A stretch of 64,000 nucleotides of DNA from Phoronis australis. Its lineage: Eukaryota; Animalia; Phoronida. Positions 11,301 through 23,300 of this stretch are shown piece by piece. Made by a program: the position numbers and the translations under genes. Below the pieces are notes generated by a model. That model worked only from the letters and a program-made list of their open reading frames with translations, was not told the origin of the DNA and made no database searches. The DNA lies in assembly GCA_002633005.1 (NCBI GenBank), contig NMRA01000114.1, positions 589,237 through 653,236 on the forward strand, given 5' to 3'. Each line of letters begins with the position of its first letter. Positions within the stretch are counted from its first letter, which is position 1.

Positions 11301-14300
11301 CTCTCACAGACGCAGTTCAAAGCTGCAAAGCTGAGTACTGAGAAATCGGAGGCTGAAGAAGATTTGGAAGATGTTCTTGAGGTATTCATATTTTCTTTTT
11401 ATGTACGGCAAAAGAACCCAATATGGCACAATGGTAAAATGTTATAGCATTACATTTATTAACAAGATGTATTTAGGAAAAATTATTTCACTGGCAGTAT
11501 AGTACAAATTGTCGTCTTCTGATGTATTTTGTTCAGAGTTCAAGAAATGCTTACCACCATTCTGTACAAAGATTTAATTTCTCTAAGTATTGTTGAGTTG
11601 TTCCTACAGCCCTTCGCACCCGAAGTTAGGCCACAGTCATTCGAAATAAGATAAATGTAGACCAATGAAACTGGAGATGAAGTAAAAAAAATTGCATTGG
11701 ACTTGTGCATTGGTTTTAGCAAAACAAATATTTTTAAGTTTCTTACCACCAATTCATGAATGTTTGATTGTTGGGACCATAGGTTAAGACGTCCAAGTTC
11801 GAATCTATGATATGAGATGGGTTTGCTTTTACGATTCCAAGTAGAATTTTTTTCACTTTTTGTGAAGGCATCCCTTTACCATCAAGTCACTGGTCAGGCA
11901 ATAAAGTGAGGAAGACATTTTGTCATGAAAAGTATAAAGCAAAATTAACAGTCAAGGTAGTTTCCATTCATATTTGTTTTGGCAATTTTATTGACTGTGA
12001 ACGCTGTTTGATTTTTTTTGATATGATGATAACGTTTTATATAAAGATGACTTTTTTGTTTGCTTTTCCAGGATATAAAAAAGGCTTCTGAAGCAATCAA
12101 ATATAACCACCCTTTAAGGAAAAATATTGACACAATTTTGTGCAAGGTAAGGCCGCTACCATGGAGACGATGATAAGATTCATAGATTTCAGTAGCTCAG
12201 TGTAGCACTGTCTGGCTGGCTAGCCTCACTAATTTTAGAAACATGTCCAATCTATTGGGATGCTAAGGTTGACACTGAAATGGATTTTTTTTTGTTAACA
12301 AACAGAAGATGCAAGGGCTGTGCTTCTCTGATTTTGTACATTGTGCATTTCTTTACGAATTTTAATCACAAATTTTTATCACAAACTTTGTAATGGGCAC
12401 CCTATCCTTTGTAGGATTTCACCGTACGTTTTATTCCTTCCTAGTATTACCAAGAATATTCCAATTATTTGCGCTGTGAGTTGAACCTACTTTCAGTGCA
12501 GAGCTGAGAAATGCAATCAAATTTTCACTGTCCCACATTGATCCTTTTTGAATTCTGTCCCAGTGTCCAGATAACTTTAGGAAGAGTGTCCAACATCACA
12601 TGGACGACTATGAAGACTACAAGAGTCCTACCGACATTCCTACAGAAAAATCTCTTGTCAAACTTCATAGAAAAATCATCACAGGTAAGTCTCTTTCATA
12701 TGAGGAGCAAAATTCGTTGGACATATGACGATAAGGTCATTAACTTGTTAACGTTTTCGACCTCCATGTTTTGAAAGTCATTTTCAAACTGATATCCGTA
12801 TCTCTTTAATTTTTTAGGAAAGTTTTACAATCTGTCATGTTACTGGAAATAAGATACTTTAGTTAGTTTTGTTAACAGGAGATTGGTGTGTAGTTATATA
12901 GATACTGTAGATAGATATGGAGTTGAAACGAATTGTGACGAAGATGTTACCTAAAGCTGCGTTTGCTACTGTTGAGCTGTCCGAAGAAACGAAACGAGGA
13001 CTTGGGCATTCACCACTACATACTCAAATATGTCCTTCTCATGAATAAGAAGTATATGCATTTCACATGGAAGAAGAATTTACAAGACAGGATCTGTAAA
13101 TCACAAGCTTGGCTGAAGTCCGTACAAATGTTGTCCGCTTCACTTCATTCATATACTGTGGCTCAGCTCCGACTGAATGTTGAACTGTTAAGGTTCATTG
13201 TAACCCCAACCTTAAACCTATTACTGCTGTCCCAAGAGCATGTCAGAGACCAAAGTCACCAGAGCTCTGAGGAGGATTTCAGTATATTAAGTCTGCACAC
13301 AGAGAAGTTGAATCGTAGGATACGAGAAGTAATTGAGATCCAAGCCCACAGACCTAGTCTTAGCAGAGATCCGGGACTTGATCTTCCTGCAGTGTATTCA
13401 GATCTGTTACGAGAATCCCACCGACATTAGGGAATTCCCGGTACTGTTTTTATTGTTTTATTCTACGACAGAGGGTGCACCTGCTGGTGAATCAAGTCCA
13501 TGAGATATGGACGAAATGACTGACTGTACACTTTCTACACCAAGGTATGGTTTTTTGGTTCCAAAAGGGATCTTACTCAATATTTTTGAAAAATAGTCTC
13601 TTTATTAATCTGCAGTTTCTCTTACTCATCGGCGCACACAAGTTCAGTGGGAACGTCTGCTGGAAGAGGCATTTGAATATGAAGATATACTGACCAATCA
13701 ACGAAACCACAGCGGTGCCTTCAGACGAGCTATACAGTACGAACCAGAAGGCCTGTGCAAAATGTATTATGGATCCAGACTAGGTATGGTTTTGTTTTAG
13801 CGATGTTTGTCTTGTGGTAATCACTGATCTACTTTTAGCAAACATTTTTGTCGACGGGACTTGTCAGGAACCTTTATATGTAGAGTTTGTTTTTAGTCGA
13901 TTGTTGACTTGTCTTAAACGGTTTGTTGGAAGGTTTCAAATGATAGTTTTTGAGTCTCGGCAGTACGCCTACCATCATTACCAAAGGATTCGTAATTATT
14001 AATTAACTTTTTAAGTATTGATTGTTGGCCTATAAAATGTCATGTTTTTGAAATCCTTGATGATCACAGAATCTTATCGTGTCCACAAGAATAGCGCGAC
14101 AGATTACAGAGAGAGCTAGGCTGTCAAAAGATCTTTGACAGCGGAGCTCTCAAGCTATAAGGCTTTAAAAGAAAATCCTAGACCCAGACACGCTTTTGTA
14201 ACTACTAAAATAAAGTAAGGGCTGTTCCAGTAAAATCTGTATGCACCTTTTTTTCGCACCCACCACCCATATTTTTCATTTATTTCTTCAGCCTACCACC

Positions 14301-17300
14301 CGTAATTTTTTATAAGTTTGAAATGCAACCACCCGTAATTTTTCTTTGTTCTTGTGGTTGACTACACAGGCGCTTGAGTTTATCTGTTCCTCCATCACCA
14401 CTTACATCATTCATTACTAAGAAAACACGTGTTTCTTATATATGGTTATTAGCCATCGAGAAATTCTAGCACCTGTGGTTAAATGGTGTTATGGGCATGC
14501 CGATGAGGAGATTGGAGGGAGTGAAAAAGTCGGAGCTCTTTGCAAGTTGCATTTTTGTTTCAGTTTTTGATTCTGTGCAGATTGTTTATAAAATTTACTA
14601 AAATTCAAACATTTATGGCCCAATGAAAAAACAACGACCTGTAAATTTTAATTTTTTTGAAGTACGACCACCAGCCATTTTGAATTTAAGTCAAACGCAA
14701 CCACCCATAAATTTTTATTTCAGTTGCCTTCCCCCCCTCCCACACAGATTTTGCTGGAACAGCCCTAACAGAAAATGTTGAAAAAATACATGTCATGTTT
14801 GTGAAAATACAACAATTGTCATGAAAAATCATATTTTTTAAAAATTGGTGTCATGTGATTGCAAGCATCTGGGCATTGTTTCTGTGTGCATTACAATATT
14901 ATGTAATTATGAAGGATTTTATAACTAGTAGATTTAGGGGTTTACTAGTTATTCAATAATTTTTTTGTTAAATTCATTTATTCCCAATAACTCAAAATGT
15001 TTTACTATGTATTAATAATAAACACACACACACCACGCACTTACTCACTCAATGGTCACGTGAGGAAAATTTAACCTTCTCTCTCTAAACTTATCAAGCT
15101 GCCATTCTTTTAAAAAAATGTTTCTCGTTGATATATTTTTTAAAAATATTTGCAAATTAAAGCATATCAAGTAGCGCCCCCAATCTTTGAAGGTATATGT
15201 GATATTTTGCTAAAATCAAAATTAACTTTGTTTATGAATATATACACAAAACGTACCGAGAGTGGCGTAGATGAAATAATATCCCACGAGACATTATTCC
15301 GCGTATCGACAGAGACCGAAGGTGGAATAAAGTCAAACTCTTAGTTTCATTTATTTTTTCGACAGATTTTTTAAATACCATACCTATTCTGTTCATGTGG
15401 TGGATTACAACCTATCGTTTATGTACTTGTGCGTTGTGTTACAAGTGTACTCTAGATATAGAAAACAGTATTAAATGATTTTACTTGAGAAGAGGTAACA
15501 AAGATGAAAACAACGGTAATTGTGCATTGAACTTTTTACATTTTCTGAAAATAATTAAATAAGAATGATATTTAACACTGTTGTTACTGAGGAATCGGCG
15601 CTTGAGTTGCAGACGATATAATATTTAGCAAATAAAACAAAGACATAAGTGTTATATAATTAACAGTTTATGGGACATAGCATGTTGAGTGTTATGTATA
15701 CTGCTGCAACTTTATTACTTTAAACTATTTTGGGAAAGAGCCGGCTAATGACATCATTGACCTACCTTTTGCACTTTCCACATCAGATTATAGAGGGCAC
15801 TGTTAAAGAAGTCCTGGGAGTGCAATTCGGAAAACAATACCACATGGACATATCGCACTCAACGCATATGTGATCAATATCGTTGATTCCAGAAAGGACA
15901 TTTAGTATTCATTATTGTTTCGCCTTTATCGTCAAAGCGAAGTTTAGAAACATCTTCCCAAAAACTTACTGTAATTATTCAAGAAATGTGGTCCTTTGTA
16001 ATTAAGATAGCTAATTAATTTTGATATTCTTCTTTCCTCAGAGTGGTTCTGGAAGTGCGTTCTAAGGTCGTGGGTGTACAAGTTGGCCTGTGTTATCTCC
16101 TGCATACTCTCCTTCATGGTGGTGTGGTCGGAGGTTATCTTCTTCATCGAGAAGCCCGTCTTATCGCTCTTCGCCATCTTCGTTCAACTAGCAGCTAGTC
16201 ATCACAACTATTTGTATATAGAAGTGAGTTTTATAGAATTCCAGTTAAAGGCACGCTTACGTAGCTGAATAGACCTTTGTGAGATAAGAAGCATGCTGGA
16301 TATTTGTCCCACTTCCCATGTTGTCAAGGTGTTTGCTACTGCAGAGTGGGAATTTGCCTGAGGTTCGTAGTTTGTATGGCCTCGTGCTGGATTTCCACCT
16401 TAGGCGAGGTTATGCAACGAGACGGCGATTTTGTCTCACTTCTTCTGCGGAAAGTGGTGTATTAAGTACTGTGAATCTCATTTTGAAAAACAGAGTCAAA
16501 GTATAGAGTTCCAATCTAAAAATTGTTTTCAAAAAAGGGTTGCGCATGGCTTTAAGAGCAGTGTTGAAATGTACATACTTGGTGAATTATGGTTGTATTG
16601 AAGTATGCCTTTCCTTCCTACTTGCAGTCTAAAATGAAATTACAAATTTCGTAGTTTGACAACCTGGAATATTTATCAAACTTCTCGATACGATCAGAAA
16701 ATCATGAACCCTTCCAATGAAGGTTGGCTTTATGTCAAAAGCAGATGAAGTGATGATGGACAGTTGTTTTATTTTTGCCTGTTTTGAATTGTGCTGTTTT
16801 TGTTATTGATTTTTTATTTGTGGTGTTTTGTTTTCAGATTGCCTGTTGCCTAACCATCTCTTACTTGTGTCTGTGCGCCTACTACACTGTCTTCAAGATC
16901 CGCGTGTTTAACTATTACTACATCTCCCCCCATCATCAAACAGATGCCAACAGTCTGCTGTTCAGTGGCATGTGAGTATAAACAAATTCCATTACGGAAA
17001 CAGCCGAATTCCTGGCGAGCGCCGTATTGAGGTCACGCCATTACAGGCATGTCAGGCTAAACAGTGGAGTCAGTACAGTCTGTCTGTAAAGCAAGCCTTG
17101 TGAACTGGTGTGCCTGCTTGTGTTTTGTATTTGGTAGCAGATCAGCTGATTTGAAATCGTTGATAGCGGGTGAAACCTAAAGCCAGTACAAATCGCACAA
17201 TACTGCAAAGTATATGGTTGCAATTGCACCAAAAATGGGTACACCTTGTACGTATCTGAAGCATTTCGGGGGGCAGGGGTAGTGGCAAATACATTGTTGA

Positions 17301-20300
17301 AAAATCTGGATTTCTGGAAAACCTTTAACCCAAAGACAAAGTTATGGCAGATATAGGTTTTACTATTGATGAACTCCTGTTTCCAAGATGAGTTAAGTTA
17401 AACATACCAGCTTTCACCAAAGGCAAGTCACACCTTAGTCAAAAAGATCTGACAAAAACACGGCGCATTTCCACAGTAAGAACCCATTTGGAACGAGCAA
17501 TACAGAGATTTCAAAGTTTTCAAAATTTTGAGTACCAGTATTCCAGTGTCAAGCACAAAATCAGTGGATAACTCCTTGATTGTCTGTGCTGGGCTTGTGA
17601 ACCTACGTGCTGATCTGATCAGAGATCAAAATTTGGGAGACATGGACTAACTTCCTGAGTTTTTATGTTGCCCATTCCAAATGGTAACATGTACTGTTTC
17701 CTGTGGTATACAATTTGAGAAATTACAATTTATACCACAGGTGTATTTGAAGCTAAGCATGCATATTTCATAATATATGATTCAAAGATGGCAAGCTTGG
17801 AAAAAATCCACAGTACTTCAAGCAATGAAGTCTCAGTAAATGCTTTGCAAAAGTCAGTTCTCTTAGCCTCAACTTCGTCCACGAGGCGTTCAAGAAATTT
17901 CTGAAAGTAAAATGTACGCAACAGGTTCGATTTGCTCAACAAAGCTTTCACTGCGTGGTACATCTATGTCATAATAAAGTCATTGTCACAAACTTTAAAA
18001 CTAGCGCGTAAGTAAATAAAGTTGGTGCTTCTATTTTGGCCTACAACAAATGTGATCAAAGTCATTGTCAGTTGTGTACAGAACTAGTTTTGCTTTCTTA
18101 AGTCCGGTAAAAAACATGGTTGTTGATACCATTTTTTAAATGGACTGCTTGATATGGGTATCACCAGGACAGTAATGTTGTGCAACTGAACTAAGTGACT
18201 CGCAAAAACAATCTTAAGAACAGTTCTTAAGAATGGTTTCATGATTCACTAAGTTCAACTTATGGAAATCATAAGAAATTCATCACATTGTTGCAATATT
18301 AAGAAATGGTTATTTGGCTCTGAGATGTTTCAGTGAACACTGTGTCATACTGTTAAGAAGGTGTGTGGATAGATTCCAGGGGACAGTTCAGCCTCAAGAA
18401 AGTAAACGAATCATAAGAGTACATGGAGCAGATCCATTTGAAATAATTAAAACCTAAGTTAGATTAATAAATAGGGGTCCATTGCCAGGTTGCACGGAGT
18501 ATTCCCAATTAGGGACTCGATTAAGTTCCCTAAATCTTTTGCGTATTTGTGTCTTTGTTTACCTACAAATGAATATGGATTTTCTATCATTTCATCTTTG
18601 TTATGAGCTCCTCTTTGAATGATGGCTTGTTGTCAAAAATCTGAGCCCGTATTTCAATGAAAATGAATTTGGAACTTAGTCCTTAAATTAGAGGCGTTTA
18701 ATGAAAAGACCTCTAATTAGTTTCAGAAATATTGAGCACTGGATGTAGAATTCACTCTCAGTCTGTATCAAAACCAAATGTTGATTTACATGAAAATGAA
18801 ACAGCAGTTAGTTATTTAACAAATCCACAAATGTGGTGAAAAGTTGGCGAACACAGTTGAGTATCTATTAAGGACTGTTTCATGCAACGGGCACAGATGT
18901 GTTAGACACCCTGGGTCTCCAAAAGACTATTTTCTATCTGAAAATTACCAGAAACTTCACATTTCCAGGTTGTTATGTCGCCTCACGCCCCCACTGTGTT
19001 TGAACTTCCTGGGCATGATTCACCTCGACAGCCATATAACTCATGACAAATTCAACCGTAGTCTTGCAGAAACTTTCTATACACAGGTAGGTCATATATT
19101 TTCTGTAGAGCTTTCTCCGAACCGGGTATCCTCAGGCAAATCTCGGCATTGATACCTGGCCCTGAAATCTAATCTCCAAACTGGAGCTTAAGTTTGATAT
19201 TTTCTGCATTTCTTGTGTACAAACTTGAAAAACCCTTGCGGTGATAAATAGGCTAAGCAGCAGTCACAAACCTCAATCTTGTATAAATCAACCTGGCTAT
19301 ACTAAATCTCCCGATTGAAGCAGACCATTATAGTATTAAAAAGCCTTAACAGAAGGCTCCACCCAAAAAAACACACTGAACAAAAACAAGGATTTTCAAA
19401 TATGGCACTACATGGGGCTTTAAAATCGCATCTTGATTGTACTGAAGTAGGATGTGATTACGCAGATCATTACTTAAAAGTTGTTTGACGAACAAAACGG
19501 TTTCAAAAAATTCAACTTCCACCGAATTTTTTTATGACATTCATCGAAACAAATGATGGGTTCAACAAATCCCCAAAGCAGAGTGTTCTTGTTTTCTGAC
19601 ACGATAATCGTGGGAAAGTTTAATTAGTGTCCCCATAACAGTCAAGAAACACTTGGCAAATGAATGCCAGTGTGGTTCTGCCTAAGACTTTGTGAAATCT
19701 CGTAAACTCTTGTTTAGTGTTAACTCCAAACAATTTAAAACCAATCAAAAATAGTAAAAGAACAAGGATTCGGCAACTTTAAGCCAAGTTCACACTTGAC
19801 AACCAGTAGATTCAAGCTACAAGTTCAAACTCAAATTTGTTGCTTTAACACTGGGGTCATCAAGTGTGAACCTGGATCTGGCAAGTCTTTGCGTCTGCCA
19901 TTCTCTACTCATTATTGTACGTCTGATTCTGTTTATACATTCACTGCTTTATTATATTGTAAAGGCTATAGTCCTCTATTTTGTCCAACTCTAGCGCCAC
20001 CTAATGTCTTCTGACTGAAGATAAAAACTGCTAACTCATTGCAACCGATAAACATCACTGAAAATAAGCAGTGGCATTAAGTATTAATTTTGTAATGATG
20101 CGAAGAAAACCATTTTACTGTTTTTTTTAGGTGATATATATTTATTTAAGAACACACAGAACATTATAAATTATGGAAAATAATGACAAACCCCAGAAAT
20201 CGAAAGCCATTATATCTGGGTTGTATACAGTGTACTGATGAAAGTAGTATACCGTGTTACTGTTCATGCTTGAAATGGCCTTGAACTGGTGTCAAGGTCA

Positions 20301-23300
20301 CCGAGGGGTCGTGAACTTTGATTTCCTCAATCTTATGCTGTAAACATGACTGTAAACAGTTGGCCTTCCTTTTGTAGCACCTTGTGGTTACCTTGTTGAC
20401 ACTTGAACTGGTGAGATTAAGTAAACAGATTAGGTCTCTCCATGTTTTGTGTAGCATAGCCTACTGTTCAAACAAAGTTCAGTGACTAACAGGTGTTACA
20501 GCCCTGAAGGCTTGAGACATTTCCTGGATAATCAGGGCGTTATATTACTATGAAGGATATCACGTTTCAACGAAACATTGACATAACACAAAACAGAAAA
20601 CATTTACATTGTGAATGCTGACGTGATGCGCAGTTACCAAAATAGTATAAATAGGGAGGACCATCAGGAAGATTTTTTAAGTTTGACTTTGGAATCACTT
20701 CGAATTAACTTGTGAGATGTTTTTGAAAACGTTCTCTACCGTTCTTGTGTTGACTGTTACTGCGTCGATGGTGCTCACTTCGCCCATCAACAGTCGGTAT
20801 GTAAGATCTATTGGCATCCAGATAGACCCCATACTGGATGCCATTAAAGCATTAGACATGAAACTCGCGACTCTTGTTACTATGCCAACTAACGTAAACA
20901 CTGCCATGACAGGCATCAATGCGGTTTCAACCAAGTTAACAGCCATGAATAATACTTTGTTGAGGAGTTTAAATGAACTTCTGAATTACTGGAACTCGCA
21001 TCTATGTCCACCCGGTTTCGTCAGAAATAATTTCTCCTGTTATCGTGTTGTGACGGAAGTCTTGAACTGGCAAGCAGCTCAGAGGAAGTGTATGACGTAC
21101 GGTGGACGCCTCGTGTCTATTGAGTCACCTGGCGAGCAGACATTTGTGATATCGCTGATCAGGAAGGCGGGACTGCAGAATTACAACTTGTGGACTGGTG
21201 GCTCGTATAGTTCTGGATGGGTTTGGCTACCATTGGGAGATGCTCTTACCTACAAGAACTGGAAGTCAGGTGAGTTTGAGTGTGACGTGTTGGTTGAAGA
21301 TTTTTTTAAATTTCTATTTCAAAGCATAACATAACTACAAGGAATACTGGTGTATAATATTTGAAAAATAAGAATTATATGTCAACATGAGATGGAAAAC
21401 AGTAAAATTACTCGAGACTTTCAAAAATTGACATCAAATCTATGCGTCATCGCAAAATTCTTTCTAGTGTTTTTATTTTCTAGTCTATAATTGTGCCAAA
21501 TTTATAGGTAATAATAAAATTCTTTAGTTGTTTAAACTCAAGAATATATCCTCTAATTTGTTAAATAAGTATTCACTAGTCATCAGAAAATAAATATGTT
21601 GTATACAGGAACTCTTTCTAATGAAGCGAGAAATCCGAATAGTGCTTCTTGAGTGGGTTAAGTTACTAAGCCTGATTCATAAAACAAGATAAGGTAGTCC
21701 ATAATGGCTTTACAAAACATCTTCACATCAAGCTCAGTAATGTCGTTTCAGAAGGTTCAAAGTATCAACTACGCCAATGTTTTAAAACATTTAGAATAAG
21801 TTTGTGAAGCAATCTGAATTGAAAGCATTTTGGGTTGGTTGAAGATGGTTGTGATAATCTGATACTGGGTGACTGTATTTCACTTGTTTCAAGAAGGATG
21901 TTTTTGATGACAAAGTATCATGTTATCTCATTCACTGATGATCAATTGTCACCTGGTTACATTCAATACTTAACTGCATATTCATTTCGTCAAAATGCTG
22001 TAGTTTCCCTTCAAGTCACATACATCACTAATTAAATGATTTCTGAGAGTCAAGATTCTGAGGCCAGTGATCAAGTTGACCCAGTTCACAGTTTCATCCC
22101 TCTAAAGTGAGGTATGCAGACCCCCTGCATTGAAATAATCTAAAATATATTCCAGGCTTGTGGATTAGGTGACTGTAAGGTCTGATTATTGTATTCGTTG
22201 TATTTTTTGTATTTATTGTCAAATGATATTTAAAGACTGGCACCTGTACAGGAACAGTGTTGTGAAGCCTTAATTTCAAGCAAACAAAACAGGACACGCT
22301 ATAAGAATATAGAATCTAATTGTTAAAACATATATTATTTGCATCAATATCGGTTATGTACCTGTGTGCATTGCCTAAATTTATTAGATGAAAGTCTGTC
22401 ATTTCAATAAGTACAGTGTACTTTCATTTATTAAATAAACTCTATTTTTCATTTCATTTGTCTTATGCATCAAGGTGCAAGTCATTAAAAACTTTGGATA
22501 CCTTGTTTATCAATGAAATACTAAATAAGTGCAAGCAAGAAAATTTAATTATTTCCAGTTAAAAAACAAAATTGAATAATTAACATTGTCTTGTTTGCAT
22601 TCTTCGTTTTGTACCTGTGTTGCCAGGCCAGCATTTTGTACGAGCTTTGCAGCGTGTCTAACTACCGATTTATGCCAATAAGCGCATTACAATCTACTTG
22701 CACTGCAGTCGTTCTTGTTCTTTGTTTCAGGGAGGCCCTCTAATGGCAATGGCTTGTGCCTGAAGACAGAGCCGGCGAAATATGGCTTCAAGTGGAGCCA
22801 TCATGCGTGCAGTGGGTCATTTAAATCCATCTGCGAAATTTGAATAGGACTGGTGCCAAAGGACTTGTTAAGTGCCGCTGATAAAAATTGATGAGGCACC
22901 GTGTCATTGAAAGAAGTTGTACTTCAAATATAAGAAATTCACAGTGCAATTGAATGAATTATGATAAAGAATTGTCATAACATGAGAATTATTTGTTTTG
23001 TAAGTAACCACTCTTTTGAAAACCTGTTCAGTTATTGTGGTAAATATACAGTGAGATCTGCTGGGATGTTTAAAGCATAAAACAATCCCATATAGTCTTC
23101 TTTCTTCATTTAAAGACCAGGAAATTGTCCATTTAGTAAAAGTCTGTAAAGTACTGCATTTTTTTTTCTGTTTGATACAAAAAAATCATTCTCTGTCTAT
23201 ATTGGAGTGCTGTTTAACTTGCAAACAGATTAAAAATGTTACTGGGTCATTCTGTGACATCTGTACAGTTCTACAAACCATGAACACAGTAAAATGTAAA

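Noticed and set aside
11774-11810. tRNA-like GTTCGAATC B-box
   Set aside because: No cloverleaf can be built. At most it is a decayed SINE piece.
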